A DNA stretch of 64,000 bases from Catajapyx aquilonaris. Taxonomy: Eukaryota. Made by a program: the position numbers and the translations under genes. Of this stretch, positions 25,401-37,400 are shown piece after piece; position 1 is the first letter of the stretch; every line of letters starts with the position of its first letter. The DNA lies in NCBI GenBank assembly GCA_000934665.2, contig KZ538359.1:1-64000 (forward strand), in the 5' to 3' direction. The notes under the pieces were generated by a model that was not told the origin of the DNA, searched no databases, and saw only the letters and a program-made list of their open reading frames with translations.

Positions 25401-28400
25401 AAAAATCCAAAATGGTGGGGGGGAACAAAACTCTCCACTCAGGGTGTGACACATCCTTGCAGGAGTTATGACATATGTGCTGTCAGTTTATATACGAGAG
25501 GACATACTTGTCAACAACGATGATAGAGAAACATGTGGGAAGAAGGAACATCTTCACATACTGGATCTCAACAACCAGGGTTGGAGCCAGCTTTATATTT
25601 TTAATGAGGCTAAAGACTGGCTACGACCCTGGTGTCGAGTCTCACCCGCAGCCACACAGGCTATCAACTGACGCCACTCTCATCAATTATCCATGCCGAT
25701 TGATCCTAATTATTTATTCCCCAAATGCAATTTTACGATGCAACGATTTATAAAACCAAACACGTTAATGTCTTTTGGCAGAAGTACAGTGTCGGAGGAA
25801 TTTGTTTGGGACATGAAAGCAGAATATCTGTTTACCTGATATTTCACTGAAGATTTTTTTTAAAAAAGTGTCACTGCGTTAATAACATGTACATCTAACC
25901 TACTTGGCTCTGTGTCAATTAATTTTTCTCTAAAAATTTGTCCTAAGCAGTTGTTGAATATTATTGTAAGGCATTATTCCCATGTGTTATAAGTTAATAA
26001 GTGGCTCAGCCATTCGTCTTTCAAGTTGTGTAATGTAATTATCTTTTCTCTACTTCATTTCGTATAACTTTCAAATGGCTTTTTGGTAATTAAGCTTTTT
26101 GGCACACTGTGAGAGCTGCGGACCCAAACATCAGTCACACTTATCAGAAAAAGGAGACTGGTTGAGAGACACTCCGTTTTCCAGTCGTTGACAAACTCTG
26201 TGGTACAGGGTGATTGCGTCGAATAATTGAAATTGATTGCGATCAGAGTCACACTTTAGTTTAACATTGACTTTGGTCATGCCAGATTTGCAGATAGAAA
26301 ACTAGAAGCACCTGGAGACGTGATTGAACACAAATTACCCCATCACGGATAATGCAATCTTCAGACATCAAACCCTGATGATAATTATGATCGTAATTTA
26401 TTAAATTGCGACTTTGATCGTTCTGCATTTCCGGGATGCAGTTATTGCGCACCGGAAGGCGTGGCGTGGAATATAAGGTGGGATGTCAATACTCATTAAA
26501 ATTTCAATTAATTCGATGATTAACACCCAGCGGTGTAATTAACTGTCGCCCGGGGGAGCCCCAGCTGTCTCATGCAATCGGCCTTGGCATTACCTGCAAT
26601 TGCGTGTCACTGTCAAGTGTCCTTCTTGCGCAAAACGGAGGGTCCCTCCTATACCTTAGAGTACTCATATTATAATAAGTGTGGTAAAAAAATAAAATGT
26701 GAGAGGCTCACACGCACTTATTGAAGAGGATTGACGGAACAGGCAAATCAGGAGAGTCGCACAGCTCAACCCTCATCCATGTTGACCCCTCCTCCCCACA
26801 AAACAATTCCCCTAAAAACAATCCATCAACAGCAGCATCAGCATCAGCATGTCCACAGGAAGAGTTAGTAGTAGTAGCTGCCCACGGAAGGCTATGTACA
26901 TTATATAAGAACATGATAGGGGGACGCTCGCACCCAGTATGGTGCGGATCAGAGAAGTATGCAATGAGAGTAAGTACAGTCCAGTCAATACATTATTATC
27001 TGGTCGGAAGGCATGTGTCGGAAGGGTGTGAGTCCGCTAAAATATAACTCCGTTATTGCACCCGTTATGTACAAACTTAGGCTGATCTTTACTACAGGAC
27101 GAAGTGGCGTCGGGGAGGAGGAGGCACTCACTGAACTGCCCCGCCGCGTAGTAAAGATCTTCCCAAAGTTCTATCAGAAATAACTTGATGTGCAGGTGAC
27201 ACTAATGGAGTTGTATGTAAGTCAGACACATGGACACATTAATCCGTCTGAGTGCCTTCCAACCTGCATGTGTACTTCTGGTTTGCAATTTTTCTTGGTA
27301 ACTTTTGTTGGTATGTTTGCGTGTGTTTTGTTTGGGGGGCAAAGCTTACTTACTCGGCCGCAACAGAAAAGGGCATCCCCACGAAGCTGGGGCTGAGCGT
27401 ATCTGTGTACATCTCCGTGCCTGTTCCTCGAAGGTAGTCGTTTTGCCAGGCCTGCATGTCGGAGGACTGACAAAGAGCAGGGGGACAAAAGAAAAATACT
27501 GATGGTTTGGCCGACACACAAACTCAGACACACAGAGAGATAGCCCCCCCTAGTCGAGACAATTGATTCAACCTATGAAAATTTCACCATACCCGACGAA
27601 ACAAACATCAACTCGTTTTCCCTAAAAGTTGCTGCGGGGGGGAAAAATTGCTGCGACCAATTTTTTAAAACTAATTAATTTTCCCCGCACATGTTTGACT
27701 CACCGTTTTGAACGACCTCATGGCGAAGAGGTTGGCCATCATGGTGGAAAACCCTGGCGCCAGGCAGCTTTGAGCGATGAAGCCCAATTTGAGCTCAGCC
27801 AGGCAAATCACATCGTCACCTCCTTTCCAGTCCCAGCTGGGGATGTTGAGCAGGTATGCCTGGGAAAAAAAGACGTTACAAAAACCACTGAATAATTAAA
27901 ACACAGCTGTGAAGGCGGAAAACGCCACAATGGGTATGAATGTAAGGGATTGTCAGGTTAGGTTATGCCTTATTAGGTTAGGTTAGATTAGGTTAGATTA
28001 GGTTAGATTAGGTTAGATTAGGTTAGATTAGGTTAGATTAGGGTTAGGTTGGGTTGGGTTGGGTTGGGTTAGATTAGATTAGGTTAGGTTATATTAGGGT
28101 TAGGTTGGGTTGGGTTGGGTAAGGTTAGGGTTAGGTTAGGTTAGGTTAGGTTAGGTTAGGCCCTAATAAGATAGGTTATGTAAAGGTATCATGAAGCAAA
28201 ATAATGAGACATGACGCACCTTATTGTGGTACTGCATGAGCTGAATGATTACTCTGATGTCTTCAGAGTAGTTTTTGATGGAAATGACCCTCATTATGTT
28301 CGCTGCGTCTTCGGCGTCGGGGTCTTGACAGTACTTGTTGGCCAGCACCAAACAGGCGTCCGCCTCATGTACCTGGCGCATTAACACTCTGCTTTTACAG

Positions 28401-31400
28401 ACAGTCTCGCGTGTACCAAAAGACATTGTAACAATGGCGTCATTAGAACATATGGCGCTATGCTTTCCCACCCCCATTTTACATGATTTCTACATGTGTT
28501 TTTCTTCTCATGCATGTGACATTCAGCGATCTGCTACCCATCGCACACAAATTGGCTTGTTTACTGGAGTTAGACTGTTGCCATTTATTTCACAGAACTG
28601 TTATTCAAGACTCGAAGAGTAAAATTCTCCCAACAACTTGCCATTGGCTGATTCGGATCGTTTGGTCAACATGTCCACAGTAAACAAGGCAAAGCACATT
28701 TTTCTAGCCCATTAAAACCCAAAAAGCAATGCACAGTGTTGCCGACACATATTCCATGCTGTGAAGGACGGTGTAGCGTCAAATCTATCGTCCAAATTAA
28801 AGTAATAAATGCGTGCCATTTTTTCTAAAGGAATAAAAGACATAAAAACGATGACAGAAGTGGTAGGGTTTTTGGGCAACATAAAACGAGAACTAAAATA
28901 AACAGGTAGGACTACAGTCATCTTGTATAAGAAAAGCAGGTTAGTTTAGAAGCGGACTAAGCGCAACAGGGGAGAGAAATCTATCTGAAGATGAATGTGT
29001 AGCGTATAGCTGCTACTCGAAAAAAATGTAGTATAGTAACTGCTTATATTGCTCATCTGAATATCTTCGCTGCATCACCCGCTGGGGTTGATCTGTCTCG
29101 GTGTTGCCAACAAAATAATTATGACAACAATTGGAAGGAGAAAATGATCAGCTGATTCGAAGTGTAGCGTACTTACTCTACAAGGCCTAAGTACTGGCAC
29201 GCGTATTGCGAGAATAACCATTAATATATTGTAGCAGTTTATGTTGACCTACCTCGGGAAACGGGTGAGCACAAAATTAGCATAGCAGCCTTGTTACAGC
29301 GAGCTCCTGATATGGCCAATGGTTATCGCTAAACTTGTCTTAGTATTATTTTGTAATTACGTATTATTAGAAAACTTACTTGTACAATGTTCTTCGAATG
29401 CCTGTCATTGTTTTGATAAAATTACGTCGTGTGTAACACTTGCATATTTTTTATTACAAAAACAAACAAACTCGAATGACTCTGAAAACAGTGGTAATGC
29501 TATTTATCAATGTGTGCATCTAACCTGAATGTTTAATGTTAATTGCTTCGTTATTATTTCCAGAAGTGAACTTCCATGAACTTGCTCATTATCAACTTTG
29601 GTGCAATAAGGACATCATCTCTTATTTTTCTGTCAAGTACAATTAACCATTATTTCAATGAATCATAATAAATCGACATAATTATATATTAATTAAATAT
29701 TATACGAGCAATTACGTATATCGCAATATTCACTTCCACATTTTTCTAATTGACAATTTGAATATTGGTATCTAATGTGTATGTCTATGTACACAATATT
29801 TATTCGCTCAGAAAATTAGTGCATGTGTTACACACCACGTAATAACCTGGACCTACCACAGTCTCAGTAATTATTAAACAAGAGGAACCAATCACGTGAA
29901 GTGCGCGTAGAAAAATTTGGACCAAAAAAGAAAAGCATATGGCCATCCCATAGAGCGGCAAGTGAACCAAGAGTTTTGGCACAATAAAATAATTTTTTTA
30001 AAATATGCAAGGTGTTCTAATTGAAGTGTTTGTGAAGTGGTTAGTATTTTTTTCGCACTAAGCTGCTTATTGTCATGTACTGTATAATATCTGAACAGTT
30101 ACCTGCTATCAATAGTCAAACGTTGATTGCAATGTATCCATACTCATGACTGCTGTTCCCATGAAAAAAGAATTTAAACTACTTTCCACGCAATGCACCT
30201 AGTTATTTATGAATGTTACGGAGTGTATGAATTTGGCAAATTTATTGAAGTACAGTATAATATTAACTATACTTCGAAGCTCGGAAAGCAACTGTTGGAA
30301 AAATGACTCAAGCCCAGTGGAAAATAAAATCGCCAATAATTGGTAAACTTGAATTGGAACACTCTCACAAAAAAAAATATATAACCCCAGTGTTATTTGG
30401 CAAGGTGCTCAAAGAACGACGTACGGTAATAATACGACAACCACATAGGAGGCCAACATTGTCACGAACACGGTTACAACGACCCAGCCAACGGGATAGA
30501 GACCACAAAAATAATACATCAAAAAAGAAAAATAAAGAAGAGTAGATAGTAGACAGACAAGTATATGTTTTGCCCAGAGCACATAATTATTATGACTTTG
30601 TCCTCACCTTGACCCTCTGCAGGTCAATTGGGTTCATGATCGTGCCTTGAAAGAATTCTACTGTGGTAAAGTGGCGCTTGAAAAGACCTTCCAGTTCCAG
30701 GTCAGGGGGTTTTCTGCAGAAGGATTGTTCAGGCAGAAGGGACCATCCGGAAGGACAAAAAAAAATATTGAGAGAGGAAAAAAGTAGAGAAAAAGTAATC
30801 AACAAATCAATGCCAATAATAAACGCTATTTGGGGGGGGGGGGNNNNNNNNNNNNNAAAAATAGGGGGCGAGGAGGGCACCCATAAAAATAAACAAATCT
30901 CGATGGGAGGTAATGCATACAACTCATCCGTAAACATATACAAAAAAAATATAATTATAGAGTGGAAAAGTAATGAGCGAAAATGTGGGGGGCATAAATC
31001 AGTATCCAAGCCTCACTACCCATTGGTCAGGCCTGCTGATCTCCATACATATAATCACTTTATTTAATCCTATAAAATTCTAAGTTTGGTCTGACCTCAT
31101 GTACGAGTGAAGTCAGAGCAAAATTAGTTTAATATTTATTATACAAAATGCTTCACAAAAGTTAATCTAGGAGGATAACTCTCTGTAAGAATGTTTCCAT
31201 TTCGACTTGTAAACCAATTCGTGCACATCAACTCAGCATCCTGAACAATTGAATTGACATCCGGAGACAGAAGACCTGGCCTAACCAGCATGCTGTTGGT
31301 GCCTAAAAAGTGGTGTCTATCCAGCCCTAGGCGGCCAAAGTATGTAAATGTAAATATTGTAAATAGATCTCCCAACAACAAGGGAATTTGAAGCCCTTGT

Positions 31401-34400
31401 TCTGCTGCCTTTACCTTGACTCTCTCTAGATCTACCGCGTTCATCATTGAGCCCTGAAAAAACTCCACAGTCGTATAGTGTCGCTTCAGTAACCCTTCCA
31501 GTTCTAAGTCGGGCTCTTTCCTGAAAATGCACAAGATCCATCAGAACAGCTCAAGGGGAGGGGGGAGAGAGAAAGGAGGGGGACTTGGATCGAAAGGTTA
31601 AGCCCGGGGAAAAGAAGATTTGTACAGGGTGTTGAGAGAGGTGTCGACACATTTGCCTTGTCAGGAAGTTGTGGAGCTAACAACCACTGTGCATACATTA
31701 CGATTTTATGACGAATATAATTTCTTCTGAGCAAAAATAAGCTAATGTTGTTGGTAAAATTTATAATTTAAAAGTGCTGTGTTGCCACAATTTCCCCCAG
31801 GTAATGTTTATTTGTCTTCGTAAAACTGAAACGTTTGCACAAGTTATGTGCAATTGTTAGATTCTCCCAATTGATCATCATCTGCTACACTTTGAATTTG
31901 TGCATTATTTGTTTCTGTAATGAGCATCATAACAGCCTGGAAGCAAACGTCCTGCCAATTATTTCGTCAACACCCTGTACCAGCTACTGGGAAGAGCAAA
32001 GTCTGGAACTCGAAAAAAAGTACAGGTCATCCTCGAAGTTGGACAAAATCCGCTGCAGCCATCAAAGGTCCTGAAATAACAAGATCGATCCTCCTTCTAT
32101 GTGCTATAGGACACTACTACTGTACTATAACATAGGGTATGTATAGTGACGGGAGTGAACTTTTTAAAAGAGAGTTTCTCCCACCTGTGCAGAAAGACCA
32201 CCTCGACGTCCACGTCCTCTCGATCTTCGTGAAGAAAGTCCTTGAGGAAGTGCGAAACTGACTCGTACGTGATGTGACCGCAGACCACGATGTGCCTGGA
32301 AAGTTGGGCGAGAAAAAAGAGAAGGAATCATATCAGGGAATCCGGATAACTTGATAGATGTTGTGTAAGGGGAGGAAGCCTCCTTCATTCCTTCAAGTAT
32401 CTTTAGTTAAATTAAACCCGCAGTTGGACCTAGTTAGACAGGCCTGTTAATTCAATGCGAACATAATGTCGCCTTCCAGTCGCTGTAACAAAGCATGCTC
32501 CAGGGACGGTGTGTAGTTTACCACTGCAGGAATAATAACATGGCATCCTGAGAGAGGCTTCCTCCCAAAATCAGGGGGAGGGGGGACCCATTCCCAATTC
32601 CCCCTTGTGGCATTCTGGCATTCTCATTCAGTCATTCATCAGGAGTCGAGCAGAGAGAGAGAGAGAGAGAGGAAAAGGAAAGGATGAATAAGGGGTGTGC
32701 AAGAGAGGGTTTGGAAATGTGGGCCGGCCAAGCTTTTGCCTTATGAATGCAAATTGCCAGCCCACTTTTGGAAGGGGGAGGCTCTAATTGAATCAAAGTT
32801 TGGAAGCCCGGGTTCCTCTCCATCCATTGCCAAAATTCCGGGAGAGAGAGATACACAGGTCTGTTGTTCCTCCCCAACAACTTTGCACGACCCACATTTC
32901 AAAGCTTGGTGGTAAAAACGATACGGGTTTTGTCAGTGCTTTTGCTTGCTTTTCTTTTGCCCAGGGTTAGTGGGTTAAATATTTCGATAGGGGGGGTGGC
33001 AACAAGCGATATTTTCCCCACCTGTGGTTTTTGCCTCCTGGAGACGAGAATGTTTTCTTCTCACCCGGAAAAGAATAATCCAGCCATCCGGAGACGGAAA
33101 ACTTTGCTTTACTGTCTGCTTCTGGGCTTGGCTCTGTCTAACCCCGTTTTCGTTTCTGCAGCGTCGCAATGCGGATAACCCTTTCCTTCGGTTCAGAAAC
33201 CCTCCTTGTTTGCCTACTGTCCCCTGCACTAACAGGTACGCGATGCCAACCCCTTTCACTCGCAGCCGGGGCCATGTCTCTTCCGGCAACTCTTCCGGGA
33301 GAGAGGGGGGTGGGGCGATAGGTTCTGTAAACATGTCCAAGGATGACAAAACGGCTCCTACTGACGCGACTCGAGCAGCAAAACTTGGCTCATTACAACG
33401 CATTCATATTCCTGGGAAAGCCTTTTTACTTGCCAACCAGCGAAAATGGCAAAGTCCTCTAGAGAACAGTAGAGCTTAGTCGTTATTCAGCGGTAACTGC
33501 TTTAAATAGCGTTTCGTACCATCACAGAGAAAGCCTGACGAAACCTAACTGTAGTTGTCAATAGCAGTTAATAAAAGTATTTTCCTGTCGATGTGTCCTG
33601 CAGTAGGGCATCTGCAAGTACTGATAAGCTGCAGTTCTTAAGTACGGTACTGTCTCTCCCGTGACCCCAAGAGCTATGCCGGTGGTAGCTTCGTCTACTG
33701 GTAGGGCCGCCCAAGTCGGACAGGTCTTTGGCGACAGACAAAGAGAGATACCAGCCTTTCCTCTCTGCTTTATTTACGCTTCGTTTCTCTCTATCTGTCC
33801 CATCTGATAGCCTGATAGTTGCTTTGGCTCCTTCCTAATTAGCCAATTAACTGCTACATGATGAAATCCCGAAGGACCTGCATCTGGCGGGGGTGGTCTA
33901 TTATCGCGACTGAACTGCCATCTGGCGGGGGTGGTATATTATCGCGACTGAACTGCCATCTGGCGGGGGTAGTATATTATCGTGACTGAGCCATCTTCTC
34001 GTCTCCAAGATGTCCATGTGAAGCATATGAAAATATTTACAATGATAATATGTGGAAAGGGATAACATACGCACACTATATACCCAAGCTTGCCACTCAC
34101 TGTACACAAGTTTCACCTCCACCAGCCAAAATAAAAAAGACTCACGCATCAGTCATTCACACACGCAACATGTTTAGTCCACCACACGCACTCTGGCCGT
34201 CCTTTTTTTACCTTCTTCCTCGTTCGTTCTTCAGCGTGCCTCCGTATTTGGGTCTAGTCCCGATCAGATCTATGATCTCGGGGATACAACTGGCAAAAAT
34301 GGCCTAAGGAGAAGGGGAAGCCATAGAACACCATCAACGCTTTTGGGTATGTTTTTGTTAGTGGGTTTGAAATGGTGGTTTTTTTGGTGGGGGTCGGGGG

Positions 34401-37400
34401 GACCGGCAGTGTATGACAAGGTTAATAAATATTCTTTTAACTGGTGAAGGTGGGTGCCGTGTGATGGTGTCGATCCTTAAAACTTTTCTTCTTTATTTTT
34501 TTTAAATGCACCGGAGGAGGCTTTTTTCTCTCTCGACGATATCTCCGATATTCTGACCCCACGCGACCAACACCCATCAATCTCTTTCATACCAACATTC
34601 AGTGAGGAAACATTGTTTTAAAAAAGTAAGTCGAGCTGGGGAGCCATGACTACCAGAAGCATTAAGCGGAGGCCAAAAACACACTCGTGCAAAAAGTATG
34701 TAACCCGCATGCATATAAAAAGCAAAAAAAAATGTCGTTCAGTCAGTCACTTTAATTGTTAAAAATATGTACAGGTCAGTCACTCAACCCATTCAGACGT
34801 CACAGAAAAATAACTAAACAGCGGACAGTGGCATGCATGCCTTTAGGTACACACCAGACCCAGAAGGAGGCGGAGAGATAGACAAGATACAAAAAGAGAG
34901 ATAGATAGAGATAGACTGACTATGAGGGGTTCCTCTAAAATGGGCGGCCGAACTGTAAGAGAGAGAGACCAATGACCCGGAGACTTTTAATTTATTTAAA
35001 CACATTTTTTTTTGTCTCTTGCTCGGACGCCCATGCAAGAGTTTCAAAAAGTTAGGAGACTAGTGGAAGCGGACTCGAGGGGGTCTGGGGGGGTTTTGAG
35101 GGCGGTTCGGGGGGGGGGGGAGTTAAAATAGTTATCGTATGTACAGTAGAGCTCTGGCCCTCAGAGAGCCCAAATCCTACCTAAGGCCTACCTAGAGGCT
35201 CTAAAGTGCAGGGGATGGGTTGGGGACACATCTACCCCAAACTGGCTCTCAGTCACGGTTACTTGGGCTGAAACCATTCGCCAAATATATGATCATTTTT
35301 TTGCAACAGATTCGCACACTATTAAAATCATGACGTACAGAACATTTCGGATGTAACATAGCCCGTTTTCCGATTCCATGGTTCAAATAAATTTAACACT
35401 CATCGTTGGCTATGCGTGACTCTGTCCCTACACTCGTTGATTCATCACTTAGGTGCGCCATCTGGTTGTGGCATATTGTACTGCTTCCAAGTGGAGGGCA
35501 GGCCGGGCAGTGTTGTCAAATTTTGGCAACGGGTACACTACTAGTAGAAGTATAATAATACAGTAAGTTATATTTACGATAAACCCACTGAATTATCGCT
35601 ACACTCTAAGAAATGTCCGGGTTAAATGTATTTATCCCGGAAAAAAGATCACTTTTGTCATGGTTATTTAACCCGGACATTTCTTAGTCATGGTTATTTA
35701 ACCCGGACATTTGTTAGTGTATACACTCTAAGAAATGTCCGGGTTAAATAACCATGACAAAAGTGATCTTTTTTCCGGGATAAATACATTTAACCCGGAC
35801 ATTTCTTAGAGTGTAACAATTGGACGGTGTTATGCAATAATGCGTCAACCCACAAAAAAATGTCAAAATTGAGTTAATCCCATCATGAACATAATTACAC
35901 TCAAATTCATTAAGTTAAAATGAAGCTGGCGAAATCTGCATACTTCTGCCATAAATGACCTTTTAACACCGAATTAATTCCACATGTATGACCTTCAAAG
36001 ACATGTTCTCATGCGGGTTGACTCATTATTGCATAACACCGTCCAATTATGCTAGACACGCTGGAATATCATTCAGAGCACAGCACAAGACGCAGTATCT
36101 GCCAAAGCTACATTCTCATAGTAAGAGCCAACAATGCTTAATATTTTGGCATAAGCACGTGTCAACATATCGTTAAAGTCACGCTTAGCCTATTTTATAC
36201 TCAACATGCGAAGCACTCGTTAAGCCGCAATTAATGAAAACTAGTATCGCAACTTTTTGGTCATTATCCCAGCCCAGACTTTTTTGGAGAAACCAGTTTG
36301 AAGAAATGGTAATACAAAGAGAGAGAGAGAGGAAAAAAAAGGTGAGGGGGCTGGGGGGGCCAGCAGCATCACACTCGGTTAATTTTTATTTAAAAAAAAT
36401 AACTGTACAGAAGAGTCTGGGGGTTAACTTTCAGGCAGGTCCAACCAAAAAGTCATAGTAAAAAAAAAAGGTACACTACGATGCGAGAAAAATCGGAACA
36501 AGACTGAAAAAATGAAAAAAAATAGGAGTTTCTAAAGAGGCGGGGATATTTTGTGTGTGTTTTTTTGATGAGAGAGGGGGGGGGAGTTAGTGGTGGGTAA
36601 ATTTTTTTTAAATGATTTGTTTGAAAAAGAGTTGAGGGGGGAAATAATATTGTTCTAGCGTGGCTCTAGATTCAAACCCCGGGTGATAATTATAAAAAAA
36701 CGTCCACTCCCAATACCTCCTTCCGCGTCCCTCAGTGTGGTAAGAGCCGCCATATTTCGGTCTGTTGCCCACCAACTCGATGATTTCCGGGATCCAGCTG
36801 GCAAACACCGCCTAAGGAAGCGAGGCAGCAGCAGGTCAAATAGGGACATGGGGCAAGGCTCGCATTGCAAGGCCAGGGGACGGCCAGCCCAATAATTATT
36901 TTTTCTTCGTCTCTTATATAATTTCCGCGAATTTTGTCTCTCATCACTCTCTCTTATTCCGCAAGAATTTGTTTCTTTTTTTTTGGAAAAAAAAAATATA
37001 TACGCATGCACCAAAAAATTTGTGCCACCCCTGACTCGGCTTTTGCAGCTCCGACCCTTTTTTTCGGACGGAAGAAGAGGATTGAACAATTTCGCTTTTT
37101 AAAAAAAATAAAGCCTCTTCTTCACGTCCTGTGGCTCAGTTCACACAAAAAAAGTTTGAAACACAAAATTAAATTTGCAACGTGTATAAAATGGTTGGTG
37201 GAAAACAATTTTTTTTAAGGACGTTTCGTATGGGGATGGGAGGGGACAGTTTGTGTTTAGGAAAAGAAGCCAAAAAGCACAGTGAACGATATGTTTTTTT
37301 TAGCGAGGCACACTCGGACTCGAGGCGGCGACGAGATAGAAAGACAGATGAATAGAGAGATATAGGCTCGCACACAACGGGGAGAGAATTCAAAAAAATA

